From a virus: a stretch of 64,000 nt of DNA. Below, piece by piece: positions 1 through 9,259 of this stretch (position 1 is the first letter of the stretch; the number at the start of each line of letters is the position of its first letter). The notes beneath the pieces are model-generated. The model saw nothing but the letters and a program-made list of their open reading frames with translations, was not told the DNA's origin and did no database searches. Position numbers and translations under genes: made by a program. The stretch spans positions 2,682-66,681 of the IMG/VR virus record IMGVR_UViG_3300018044_000002; one strand, given 5' to 3'.

Positions 1-193
1 GGCGACGCAGGTCGACCGGCTGGTCGGTCGGGCGACGACCAGGGAGGAGCGGCGAGCAAGGGCTGGCTGGGCGGGGTATGTGGAGCGGGAGCGAGCGATT
101 TTGGGGCAGGTTGCAGGGCCAGAAAACACCTAGTAACGTTTACTACTTACTAACCTGTCTTACTAAAGTGCAATGCTATCTCTTGGGAGATTT

Positions 194-380
194 CATGTCC
201 GGATAGGTTAAGTTGGTGATTGTAGTTGTTTTAATATGGTCAGTAGGCATGTCCGGATTCTGCCGGATTGTCCACTATCTCATAATGCGGTATATTACCG
301 GACAATCTGGACACGATCCGGACAAGTCAAGTGATCATATTACGCGGTTTGTAATGTAGGGTTTAAGTCGATCCGGACAA
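194..380. repeat. Iteron-like ATCCGGACA repeats in both orientations; candidate replication origin
   Basis: CATGTCCGGAT at 194 and 248; CCGGACAA at 298; ATCTGGACA at 305; GATCCGGACAA at 315 and 370; AT-rich non-coding setting upstream of the replication genes. Confidence 0.6.
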
Positions 381-529
381 AGTTGGCTGTAGTTTATATA
401 TCTGTATAGAGGTATTTTGGTGGGTGGTTGCTTGAGGTCGAGGTCGGCGGCAGGTAGATTTTTGTGGAAATGTTTACCAACTGGTAACTAGCTGGCGAGA
501 AGATTGGCTTTCCTGCATGTAATTTCCGC

Positions 530-558
530 TTGCATTGATCTCTGGTTTGCGTTAGGAT
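530..558 (+). promoter_or_regulatory. Sigma70-type promoter
   Basis: TTGCAT-17 bp-TAGGAT upstream of the ORF at 738. Confidence 0.6.
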
Positions 559-737
559 TCATCTCGGTAGCTGATCCCTACCCCTGCCCAGCCAGGTCGC
601 GTGGATTGTGGGGGCCAGTCGCAAGGCTGGCCCTGCTTCCCTCAGACTAGGCGGCATGGACGTATCCACGCACCTATCCACGATGCCAGCCTCCTCCGCC
701 GACACGATAGGATACTTGCGCTCTATAGGAGCGTTGA

Positions 738-1793
738 ATGGCTAGTGATAAGCCCGACCTAAGTTCTTTCCTCGACCGCCCAGCATCTACATCTTCCCTC
801 TCTCCGCTTTATGCCTCGACTGCCACCGTGCCTGGGATATTCCGGCGCCGGTCCGTGAACCTGATCATCGGCAAGAGCCGAGTAGGGAGGATGCGGTTCG
901 CGCTGACCCACCTGAATGCCTATGCGGATCAGGTCAGGCCTGCCTTCCTCGACCGGGAGGTTATAGTGCCGGTTCAGCTAGGTTGTGTTATAGGCCTCCA
1001 AGATCCCGACCAGCTCTTGCACGACCTACGCGCGATGGGGCTGGAGAACCTGACGCGGCCAGGCGCGTTCCCGGTCGTGAGCTACCGGCCAAGCCGCAGC
1101 GATGACTGCGAACCGTACCATCCGATGAAAGTTCCTTACGAGGCATTCGCCAAGTTACCTACCTGCCCAGCAAATCCAAAATTCCTCCTGATCGAGAATC
1201 TACAATCACTGCTGCCAAGTGGCGAGGTGGCCAAGCAGAAGGACGTGGCTGGATTTATGGACCAGTTGCGCGAGTTCGCCAATCACGAAGACTGCACGAT
1301 ACTGGGAACGGTCGGCACGCCGAAGATGTTGAAGGGTCAGGGTTATCCAAGTCTTCCGGAGCGGATCTTGGGCTGTATTCAGTGGGCCGAGGGCTCAGAC
1401 ACGCTGATCGGGATCGACGAGGTAATGGAAACGGCAGGGAACGGGTTGAATCGGCTGGAAGCGCAGTGGTATCGCAAGATAACGGTGATGCCGGCTGGAG
1501 CGCAGGAGTTTCAGGTATGCAGTCGTTTCGAGCCGGACGGTCGACTGGTTCCTTGCGACTGGCCACAGGCAGAAGGCTGGAGCGTGACAGGGCAGCCGGG
1601 GCTGGAGGCCAGGCTGGCAAAGGAACGCGAAGGGAAGCGATTCGGTGCCAATGAGTTTTACGGATGGGGAATGCAGATGGACTTGCACGAAAGGTTGATC
1701 CGGAGGTGGTTGAAGGTGGCGGTTAATGTTGGGTTGTTAGCCAGAGAGGGCCAAGGACCGGCCACGGTGTATATAAAGCCGCGGTCAAACTAG
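738..1793 (+). CDS. RecA-fold (AAA_25/RepA-like) helicase-type protein with degenerate Walker motifs and a possible C-terminal winged helix
   Basis: VNLIIGKSRVGRM (Walker A-like), FLLIENLQSL (Walker B-like), ILGCIQW...DTLI; RBS AGGAG. Confidence 0.55.
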   Translation: MASDKPDLSSFLDRPASTSSLSPLYASTATVPGIFRRRSVNLIIGKSRVGRMRFALTHLNAYADQVRPAFLDREVIVPVQLGCVIGLQDPDQLLHDLRAMGLENLTRPGAFPVVSYRPSRSDDCEPYHPMKVPYEAFAKLPTCPANPKFLLIENLQSLLPSGEVAKQKDVAGFMDQLREFANHEDCTILGTVGTPKMLKGQGYPSLPERILGCIQWAEGSDTLIGIDEVMETAGNGLNRLEAQWYRKITVMPAGAQEFQVCSRFEPDGRLVPCDWPQAEGWSVTGQPGLEARLAKEREGKRFGANEFYGWGMQMDLHERLIRRWLKVAVNVGLLAREGQGPATVYIKPRSN

Positions 1794-1829
1794 AAAAGTT
1801 GCCAACAAGAAAGAGAGAGTAAAAGTCTT

Positions 1830-2042
1830 ATGACATCCGACGAGATCCGTGCGATTGACGTGACTGATTCCAGCACTGTTGTATTGTTGCTACGCGAGTT
1901 GGTGGCACAACTGGCCGACATTGCATTTGTGCTGGGCGACGACCTGAGAGGGATGAACGTACAGGTCAGCGCCAAGTACGAAGGTGGCTTGCTGGTTATG
2001 GCGCAGAGTCCGCATGAGGGAGAAGTAGAGGATGCTGGGTAG
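1830..2042 (+). CDS. Hypothetical protein
   Basis: Co-directional ORF with ATG start and protein-like composition. Confidence 0.55.
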   Translation: MTSDEIRAIDVTDSSTVVLLLRELVAQLADIAFVLGDDLRGMNVQVSAKYEGGLLVMAQSPHEGEVEDAG

Positions 2043-2183
2043 GTTGGTTGCCAACCTTCCTACAGTTGCAAAATAATTTTCAATTTAGGTGATGTTGGGA
2101 GTGTTTGGGGGTTGACAACGGTTGGGAAGGGTGGTAGGGTTAGGGGGAAGTTGGGTTGGGCAGGGGAGAGGACGGGCAATACA

Positions 2184-4049
2184 ATGGCTAAGATTCTGTA
2201 TACTTCGAGGACTCCGGTGCAGCAGTACCAGCGTTGCAAAAGGCTGCGCTGGCTCGGCAACTACGAAGGCGCCGCCGGGCAGGGGCTGGAGCCGGCGAGG
2301 AAGTCGAGTCATCTGGTCGTGGGCGGCGCGGTGCATGCGGGGATGGAGGTGCTGCTACGCGACGGACAAGCCGCCTTGGACGAAGCAACCAGCGCCAAGA
2401 TGGTTGACGGCGTGACCGGTGCGGTCTTGGACCTCGGCGGCCAGTTGGACTGGCTGTTCGTCAACTCGAAATATGCTGACGGGCGGACCTTGGCGCAGGT
2501 GATTGAGGACCGCGCAGTTACCGCCGCGCTGGCCGAGTTCAACCAGGCTTGGGCCGCGGGGGTGGAGTTGGACCCGGAGGAGGCGAGGCAGCGAGCGGCG
2601 GCAGCAGGCCAGACAGAGGTCGTGAACGACTTCGCCGATCTGGTGGCCAATCCGATCGGGCGGGCGGGCGGCGTGGGAGGCGCGGCGAGCCCAGCGGCAG
2701 AGTCGCCGATCGTGGTCGACTTTGCTGACTTCGGGATGGTGGGTCCTACGACGACTCAGATCAGTCGAGACGAACTGGCTCAGATGTATCCGCCTGCTGC
2801 GTCGGCGCCCCCGGCCTGGCAGCCGTTCGATCAGGACGCTTGGTTGAAGGAAGAGATGGCGGCGCTGGTCGAGGGAATGGTCCGGTGCTGGGCGCGGCGC
2901 CGGCTAGAATCTCTGCTCCGCGACCACATCATCATTGAAGTAGAACAGGAGGGCTGCTGGAAACTCGCAGAGTGGGGCGCGACGGTCGATTACGACATCG
3001 AGCGCGTCGAGAATCCAGCCACCCACGAGTTGTACTTCCTCTCCCGGCACGACGCCTTACTCCTCGAACGCGCCACCGGCTACCTCTACCTTCAATCGTT
3101 CAAGACGACCGGCTCGTGGGACCGTAGGAAGGAACTCGACGCTCAGGTCGACATGCAGGGGTTGAGCGAGGCGGTGGACGTGGAGCGGAGGTTTCACGAA
3201 GCGTGGGAGTTGATCCACAAAGAGATTCTGGTAGCAGAGGCATTCGGCCCCTCGGCGCCCTTGGCCGACAATCCAGAGTACCTCGACGCCAGCCAGCGCG
3301 TCCGCGAGTTAGTCTCTGATCGCGTGGCTCACTGGCTTCGCTCCCTCCCCGACCCTCCGACGATCCTTGGCGTCCGCTACGAGTACCTGCTGAAGGGCAG
3401 CCGGCGGGAGGACAAGAAGGCCCAGCCGGGCGAGCCCAGGTGGAACCAGGAATCCATCCTCTGCCGAGCCTACTCCCAGGAGGGGATCACCTCCGCTGAC
3501 CGGCGCTGGGCCTGGACCTACGACTGGAAGGACGAAGGGGGCAAGGGGCGCCGGCTCGATTACAAGTCGTGGAGGAAGACGGCGGTGTGGCGGGCGATGA
3601 AGGTGAGCGAGTGGATCGACCTCTTGGACGCGGGCAAGGTCCAAGAAGGTGCGCTCGGGGAGGAAGGCGAGGTGCTGGACGCGCTGGCGGCGCAGTTGGT
3701 CCCGGTCGTGGTGGCGTACCGCGCGCAGGACGAGATGCTGGATTTGTTGGAGCAACTGGAATCGCAGGAAGTTCAGGTCGCCAAGGATGTCGAAGCCGTG
3801 CGCGAGGCCGAGCGAATCGGTGGGTATGCGGCAAAGCGGTCGGAGTTAAATCGTAGGTTCGGTCAAAACAGACAGGCCTGCTCGTACCCAGGATTGTGCG
3901 CCTACAGATCGACGGCGACCCAGCCAGGGTTCTGCTTCGGGCCGCCGGACGCCGAGCATGACGCGGGGGTGATGGAGCATTATCGGCCGCGGCAGGCGAA
4001 TCACCCTAAAGAGTTGGCGGGGCTGGTGCAGATTGGGAAGGCGGAGTGA
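2184..4049 (+). CDS. Cas4/RecB-like PD-(D/E)XK exonuclease
   Basis: YQRCKR..GGAVHAGME N-terminus, RHDALL..QSFKT core, three C-terminal Cys (CSYPGLC...FC); start moved to ATG 2184. Confidence 0.75.
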   Translation: MAKILYTSRTPVQQYQRCKRLRWLGNYEGAAGQGLEPARKSSHLVVGGAVHAGMEVLLRDGQAALDEATSAKMVDGVTGAVLDLGGQLDWLFVNSKYADGRTLAQVIEDRAVTAALAEFNQAWAAGVELDPEEARQRAAAAGQTEVVNDFADLVANPIGRAGGVGGAASPAAESPIVVDFADFGMVGPTTTQISRDELAQMYPPAASAPPAWQPFDQDAWLKEEMAALVEGMVRCWARRRLESLLRDHIIIEVEQEGCWKLAEWGATVDYDIERVENPATHELYFLSRHDALLLERATGYLYLQSFKTTGSWDRRKELDAQVDMQGLSEAVDVERRFHEAWELIHKEILVAEAFGPSAPLADNPEYLDASQRVRELVSDRVAHWLRSLPDPPTILGVRYEYLLKGSRREDKKAQPGEPRWNQESILCRAYSQEGITSADRRWAWTYDWKDEGGKGRRLDYKSWRKTAVWRAMKVSEWIDLLDAGKVQEGALGEEGEVLDALAAQLVPVVVAYRAQDEMLDLLEQLESQEVQVAKDVEAVREAERIGGYAAKRSELNRRFGQNRQACSYPGLCAYRSTATQPGFCFGPPDAEHDAGVMEHYRPRQANHPKELAGLVQIGKAE

Positions 4050-4285
4050 TGCCAGTCGGCCAGCACAACTACCTCGCTCTACCTCCCCCGCCGCGCCGGT
4101 TCGTCGCCACCGCCTACTCGCGGATCGAGGGGGCGGACAGGGAGGCGAGGTTCGAGGGTCGAGGCAGGTCGGCGCAGGAGGCCGGCAGGGAGCTGGCGGC
4201 GGCGCTGTCGGCCTGGCGCGAGGAGGCCGGGAAGCGAGCGCAGGCGGCGTGGCAGGGGGCAGAGGACCGGCTGCGGGAAAGTTGA
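4046..4285 (+). CDS. Hypothetical protein
   Basis: Start overlaps the upstream stop codon (GTGA). Confidence 0.55.
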   Translation: MMPVGQHNYLALPPPPRRFVATAYSRIEGADREARFEGRGRSAQEAGRELAAALSAWREEAGKRAQAAWQGAEDRLRES

Positions 4286-4294
4286 AAATAGTTG

Positions 4295-4323
4295 TTGACA
4301 AGCATTGCACGCTATGCAAGGAT
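4295..4323 (+). promoter_or_regulatory. Promoter with an operator-like palindrome, leaderless configuration
   Basis: TTGACA-17-AAGGAT; TTGCA-N5-TGCAA at 4305-4319; ATG 7 nt downstream. Confidence 0.55.
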
Positions 4324-4330
4324 TACTCAC

Positions 4331-4462
4331 ATGAAAAGCAATACTCTTCAAATCCGAGCCTTTCCAGAGAACGTCAACAAAGCACTCAAGATCAAGGCCG
4401 TGAGAATGGGAGTTACGCTCCGTGAGTTAGTCATCAAGCTGCTGACTGAGGGAGCCAAGTGA
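4331..4462 (+). CDS. Small ribbon-helix-helix DNA-binding protein (43 aa, not in the ORF track)
   Basis: Translated by hand: MKSNTLQIRAFPENVNKALKIKAVRMGVTLRELVIKLLTEGAK. Confidence 0.7.
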   Translation: MKSNTLQIRAFPENVNKALKIKAVRMGVTLRELVIKLLTEGAK

Positions 4463-4839
4463 GAGAAAAGGTTTTGGGTGTAAATGCGCAGCGGGTTCAT
4501 AGCTTAGTGGCGGAGGCCAAGAGGCATGGAAGGCTAGTCCCGCAACCTTGTGAGGTTTGTGGTACGAGCGAAAGAATACACGCTCACCATGAGAACTACA
4601 ATAAGCCTTTGAAGGTACGCTGGCTGTGTCCTGCGTACCATAGAGCCAGACACAAAGAAATCGGCAAACCTCTTACTCAAGCAAACGGCCTACATATCAG
4701 AGGTGTTGATCCCGAAACGTATTGGAAGCTAAAGGCCACTGCTGCTGCCCTTCAAATGACTATGAGCCAGTACGCAGCAAGTGTTCTCAAAAAGGAAATG
4801 GAAACATCGACAGTGCTCGACGATTTCATGAACGAGTAG
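4459..4839 (+). CDS. HNH-like zinc-binding domain fused to a C-terminal RHH domain
   Basis: PCEVCG...HAHHENYNKPLKVRWLC..YH; LHIRGVDPETYWKLKATAA. Confidence 0.65.
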   Translation: MREKVLGVNAQRVHSLVAEAKRHGRLVPQPCEVCGTSERIHAHHENYNKPLKVRWLCPAYHRARHKEIGKPLTQANGLHIRGVDPETYWKLKATAAALQMTMSQYAASVLKKEMETSTVLDDFMNE

Positions 4840-4879
4840 ATCGAACGCGTGGGAATAACCAACAGGGAGGAACGGTCAG

Positions 4880-5263
4880 ATGAAACTGGACGAACTTACA
4901 ATCGGTGAAGCACGGCAATTGGCCTCAATGTTTTTTCAGCATGACCCTATCAATCCACTTGGAACGCCGGGATGCAACGCAGAAGACGTTTATCCTCCTG
5001 GAACGGTTTTGTGGGAGATCGGCAAGAATTACCTTATCCGCACCGTGACCATGATCGACACCGGAAGGCTGGTCGCGGTAGGGCCGCAGGAACTGGTGCT
5101 GGAGTCGGCAGCGTGGATCGCGGACACGGGCAGGTTTGCCGGAGCGCTTACCTCGTGCGACTTCAGCGAGGTCGAGCCGTTTCCAGAAGGCAGGGTTATC
5201 CTCGGTCGCGGTTCTGTAATCGACGCCGTGCAGATCACTAGCCTTCCCACGAAGCAGAAGTAG
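4880..5263 (+). CDS. Conserved phage hypothetical protein (DUF6948-like)
   Basis: IGKNYLIRTVT..TGRLV..ELVLESAAWIADTGRF; RBS GGAGG. Confidence 0.65.
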   Translation: MKLDELTIGEARQLASMFFQHDPINPLGTPGCNAEDVYPPGTVLWEIGKNYLIRTVTMIDTGRLVAVGPQELVLESAAWIADTGRFAGALTSCDFSEVEPFPEGRVILGRGSVIDAVQITSLPTKQK

Positions 5264-5270
5264 GCCGAAT

Positions 5271-5495
5271 ATGAATCAGGCGATTTTGTTTGTGGGTTGG
5301 TTACGGAGCGGGAGCCGGAGCTGGAGCCGGAGCGGGAGCCGGAGCTGGAGCCGGAGCCGGAGCGGGAGCTGGAGCCGGAGCCGGAGCCGGAGCTGGAGCG
5401 GGAGCTGGAGCCGGAGCTGGAGCGGGAGCTGGAGCGGGAGCCGGAGCTGGAGCCGGAGCTGGAGCTGGAGCGGGAGCCGGAGCGGGATTAAGTAG
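5271..5495 (+). CDS. Ser-(Arg/Trp/Gly) repeat protein
   Basis: ATG 7 nt after the previous stop; ORF spans the hexamer array. Confidence 0.5.
   Translation: MNQAILFVGWLRSGSRSWSRSGSRSWSRSRSGSWSRSRSRSWSGSWSRSWSGSWSGSRSWSRSWSWSGSRSGIK
5305..5484 (+). repeat. Tandem hexamer array, 30 x GGAGC[C/G/T]
   Basis: Read directly; only the 6th base varies. Confidence 0.95.
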
Positions 5496-5529
5496 CAACC
5501 TACACAACAAGACAAGCAGGAGGAACTGG

Positions 5530-6585
5530 ATGGCACGAAGCGGCATCATCTTTGGAGACTCAGGCACGCTAAAATCGACGGCGGCCAAGCATTTCTCGCA
5601 CTACATCTACGAGAAGACAGGTAAGTGTTCTCTGCTGCTTTCCATGGACGGCGGCGGATGGGGGCCGATGCAGCCGGAGATTGACGCGGGAGTTATTCTC
5701 CCCTATCGCTGCAACATCCAGGTTCCGCTCCCGACCCTACGCAAGATCAGCCAGGGTTACTTCCCCGAGGACCCGACCCAGACCGAGGCCGCGCAGACCA
5801 ACCTGCGCGCGGTCGACTGGGCGAAGTACGGCGGGGTGATTGTCGAGGGAGTGACGTCGATTAGTCAGGCGCTGATGCGCCATCTGGCCGACCGGGGGAT
5901 CAAGACCGGCGAGGAGGCTACGTCGGCGTTCCTGCAACAGGTTATGGTCGAGGGGAAGGCCACCCCGGAGCAGTTCGCCGGGTCGAGCCGTGGCCACTAC
6001 GGCTTCGTGCAGAACCAACTCTACTCGATGATCACCAACTTCAACTCGCTCCCGTGCGAGTACGTCCTGTTCACTGGGCTGGAGTCGCGGGCCGAGGAGG
6101 ACGACCGCACGCCCGTGTACGGCCCGCAGATAGCAGGGAAAAAGGCCACGGCGCTGATTCCGAGCTGGGTCGGGGATTGCATCCACGCGCAGGGCACGCC
6201 GGTCAGGAAGACTGTGGAGGTTCCCGACCCAGCCGACCCGAAGAAGGTTATTCAGACCGAGATCGTAGACACAGTGGTCAGGATGTACTTTATGAAGCAT
6301 CCGGACCCGGTAACCAATATACTTTTCCCAGCCAAGCCGCGCGTGACTCCTGAAGCGATTCCACAGTTGATGGCCGCGTATCCGGGCGGGTATTTCGAGC
6401 CGGGGCTGGCCGAGGGGTTCGACACCTACCTCCACCTCGTCGACAAGCTGAACCAGGGCCAGAAGAACCAGGTGGACGAGTGGCGCAAGCGGGTTGATGA
6501 ACGATTCAAGGCAGCACGAGGCGGGGCGGCGAATGGGCAGGCAGCGGAGACCACGGCGGCGGCTCCGGTAACGGCAACCAAGTAG
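5530..6585 (+). CDS. AAA_24/Sak4-like ATPase of the recombination module
   Basis: GIIFGDSGTLKST Walker A; VIVEGVTS; YGPQIAGK; RBS AGGAGG before ATG 5530. Confidence 0.75.
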   Translation: MARSGIIFGDSGTLKSTAAKHFSHYIYEKTGKCSLLLSMDGGGWGPMQPEIDAGVILPYRCNIQVPLPTLRKISQGYFPEDPTQTEAAQTNLRAVDWAKYGGVIVEGVTSISQALMRHLADRGIKTGEEATSAFLQQVMVEGKATPEQFAGSSRGHYGFVQNQLYSMITNFNSLPCEYVLFTGLESRAEEDDRTPVYGPQIAGKKATALIPSWVGDCIHAQGTPVRKTVEVPDPADPKKVIQTEIVDTVVRMYFMKHPDPVTNILFPAKPRVTPEAIPQLMAAYPGGYFEPGLAEGFDTYLHLVDKLNQGQKNQVDEWRKRVDERFKAARGGAANGQAAETTAAAPVTATK

Positions 6586-6644
6586 GACCAACCAAGCGCG
6601 GGGACGGGCTCCCGGCGCGGAGCAGGAGAAAGGGAGGCAGAGAC

Positions 6645-7016
6645 ATGACCACAGCAGGACAGATCGCACAGGAGTTGCGCCGGATCGCCGACGCATTCGA
6701 CAAGGAACCGGAGACGGTGATGGAAAAGCCGATATTGTCGTTCCATTGCAATAACTACTCGGCTGCAAACAAGGGGAAGGCGGCGTTTTTGGCTGCGGTA
6801 CGGTTGTTGCCAAAGCCGCTGAAGAAGGAGCCGAGCGACACCTCCTACGAAGTGGGTTACGGCCGAATGGACAGCAAGGTAGCGGTCTGGTCCCGCGCGG
6901 TGATTGACCGCGCGAGTGTGTGCACCTTGATCGAGCCAGCCAAGCCAGCCGTGTATGACTGCCCGTCGCTGTTGTCGGTGGAGGAAGAGACGGGGCTGGT
7001 AGCGGCGGAGGAGTAG
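6645..7016 (+). CDS. Hypothetical protein
   Basis: RBS GGAGG plus ATG. Confidence 0.7.
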   Translation: MTTAGQIAQELRRIADAFDKEPETVMEKPILSFHCNNYSAANKGKAAFLAAVRLLPKPLKKEPSDTSYEVGYGRMDSKVAVWSRAVIDRASVCTLIEPAKPAVYDCPSLLSVEEETGLVAAEE

Positions 7017-7073
7017 TCCGGGCGGGACAGAACAAGGTCAACCACAACGAATCAGCGGGAGTGGAGGCAAGCG

Positions 7074-7700
7074 ATGTTAATGACAGAGATCAAGCGGGAG
7101 CGGTTTGACGCGGAGACAGTGGACAATCGTGCGCCGTTGCTGGCGTTGGCAGAGTCGGCGAGGGCTGTGCTGGGATATGACGTGCTAGCCAAGAAGGTCG
7201 AGAAGTCTGCTGCAACGGCGGTCAGCGAGGAAAGTGAGTTGCGCGCCGTGCTGGCCGCGCTGGAGATCGACATTCTGAACGAGCGCGACGTCGTGCGCTA
7301 CCAGAAGGAGCGTCTGATCGAGCGAACTACGGAGCTGATGCAGGAGTGGATGGAGAAGACGGCCAAGCGGTCGTTCGAGGAGTGTAGGGAGTATTCGTTC
7401 GACCAGTTTGGCGGCCCGTGCTGGCGGATGGAAACAATCAAGGAATATCGCCAGCCGATCCCGGAGTTCGTGCTGGCCAAGGCCGTGCAGATCAAGGAAC
7501 GTATGCCTGAATGCGAGATCTACATCGAGCATTTGGAGGATCATCCAGACCCTTTCCTGATCGTCGGGTCGTCCAAGGCGCAGTATTCGTGGAAGAAGCC
7601 AGCCGAGTATTACTACGTCGAGGCTTGGGCCGAGCCGAAGTTCGAGGGCAGGATCGGCGCGGGCGGCGGCGGCGAGGCAAGCGACGATATTCCGTTCTAG
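7074..7700 (+). CDS. Hypothetical protein with an SSB-like C-terminal tail (DDIPF)
   Basis: RBS GGAGG; ends GAGGGGEASDDIPF. Confidence 0.7.
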   Translation: MLMTEIKRERFDAETVDNRAPLLALAESARAVLGYDVLAKKVEKSAATAVSEESELRAVLAALEIDILNERDVVRYQKERLIERTTELMQEWMEKTAKRSFEECREYSFDQFGGPCWRMETIKEYRQPIPEFVLAKAVQIKERMPECEIYIEHLEDHPDPFLIVGSSKAQYSWKKPAEYYYVEAWAEPKFEGRIGAGGGGEASDDIPF

Positions 7701-7861
7701 GAAGTTCACGCCTACCCGCAGCTAGTCCAATACGCTGCACTGCTATCGAGATGTACAAGCGCGCTTACCGTTAGCTGGGGCCTGCCGGTCGCAGGGGATG
7801 GCACCAAGTTCAATGCAACATAACCACGACGTACGAACCAACAAGGAAGGAGAACAAGCAA

Positions 7862-8335
7862 GTGGATCAACCAACAGAACGACTAACTCAACAGGAGGTC
7901 GACGAGGCGAGGGAGCGGGTGGCCGCGATCCTCGGCAGACCGGGGAACGGCGCGGCAGGGCAGGCGGTAGTCGAGCAGGCCGGGCAGCAGGCCGGGCAGC
8001 AGGCCGGGCAGCAGGCCGGGCAGCAGGCCAACCAGCCAGCAGCCAACCTGACCTCTACGCGCCCTGCGGCTACTCGCCAGACAACCAAGCCAACTCGTGC
8101 CGCCAGCAAACGCACCGGCACGCCCAACCAGGCAGCCAGCACCACCGCCGACGCCCTGCCCTCGGTCAACATCTCGCTCCCGGACGAGGTTTATGCCTAC
8201 TTCCAGAAGCAGGCTGACGCCGACGAGCGGACCTTGGCGAAGTACATGCAGCGGCTTGTGCGGCAGGAGTATGCGAGGCTGACGCAACCGGTGCAGTCGG
8301 CGGCGACAGCAACGGAACTCGACGAAGCGCAGTAG
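7862..8335 (+). CDS. Protein with QQAG repeats and a C-terminal RHH-like domain
   Basis: 12-bp tandem repeat near 7975-8028; VNISLPDEVYAYFQKQA...TLAKYMQRLV. Confidence 0.6.
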   Translation: MDQPTERLTQQEVDEARERVAAILGRPGNGAAGQAVVEQAGQQAGQQAGQQAGQQANQPAANLTSTRPAATRQTTKPTRAASKRTGTPNQAASTTADALPSVNISLPDEVYAYFQKQADADERTLAKYMQRLVRQEYARLTQPVQSAATATELDEAQ

Positions 8336-8424
8336 TCTGGCGCTGGGCAGCGGCAACAATCAACCACCACAGCACCACCAACCCGAGCGGCCAGACTGAC
8401 CGCCGAAGAAGGAGAATCAATCTC

Positions 8425-9219
8425 ATGGCAACCACAGCAATCAACGGTCAGGCGGCCCCGGCGGACGACTTCGCCCAGCCGATTTACATGGACGAGCAGG
8501 CGGGTGCGGCAGGCGGCCAGAACGCCGCCGACCCGGCCTCCAACATCCCGATCCTCAACCTCGACGACCCGAACCTGCTGATGCAGGAGATGGACTGCAA
8601 GCCGGACGCGGACCCGTACGCCGCCCCGCCACCGCTGCCCGATGGCCGCTGGCTCGTGAAGATCAAGCAGCGCGATGTCAAGGGTCAGGACGGCCAGCCG
8701 GCGCGCTACAAGGTGGCGACCGACAAGCAGGGCCAACCTTACGCGTTCACCGCGCTCGACGCCGTGGTGATCGACCAGAGCGGGAAGTGGGACGGCGTCT
8801 CGCTGACCGACTACTTTGTCTCGACGCGCGCTGACTCGCGCAAGGGCGGCGCCATACCTCTCGCTTGGATCTTGGCGCAACTCAAGGTCCAGCTCCCGGC
8901 CCGGATCACCGCCCGGACCCTCTTGGACGAGTTCTTCAAGGCGACGGCCGGGGAACCCATGCTGGAGATTGACACGGTGTGGGAGGGCAGCCCCGATAAG
9001 GATACCCAGGAGCGGTTCGACCAGGCCGGGGAACGGTCGCCTCGGGTGCTAGGTCAGCACCGGTTCCCGCAGGACAGCAAGGGCGCGAGCATCCCCGACA
9101 TGGACGTCGACACGAAGTTGGGGAAGGTCCACCTGCAAGCACGGCCGAGGATCAACGGGTACTTTGCGGTTGGGAGTGCGAAGGCGAGCGGAGTGGAGTT
9201 GGGGCCGAAGGGCAAGTAG
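8425..9219 (+). CDS. Putative ssDNA-binding protein (DUF669-like)
   Basis: PPLPDGRWLVKI motif; context with exonuclease and AAA ATPase; RBS AAGGAG. Confidence 0.5.
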   Translation: MATTAINGQAAPADDFAQPIYMDEQAGAAGGQNAADPASNIPILNLDDPNLLMQEMDCKPDADPYAAPPPLPDGRWLVKIKQRDVKGQDGQPARYKVATDKQGQPYAFTALDAVVIDQSGKWDGVSLTDYFVSTRADSRKGGAIPLAWILAQLKVQLPARITARTLLDEFFKATAGEPMLEIDTVWEGSPDKDTQERFDQAGERSPRVLGQHRFPQDSKGASIPDMDVDTKLGKVHLQARPRINGYFAVGSAKASGVELGPKGK

Positions 9220-9259
9220 GTCGGCAGGTAGTCCAACAGCAGCGAAAACGACAACCAAG

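Noticed and set aside
2184-4049. CRISPR-Cas system implied by the Cas4-like gene
   Set aside because: No cas1/cas2 or array; solo Cas4-like exonucleases are common in phage recombination modules.
5305-5484. Possible CRISPR array
   Set aside because: Contiguous 6-bp units with no unique spacers.
5290-5529. 431-aa poly(GA)-ATPase fusion as given by the ORF track
   Set aside because: A strong RBS precedes ATG 5530 and none precedes 5290; retained only as a possibility in the findings.
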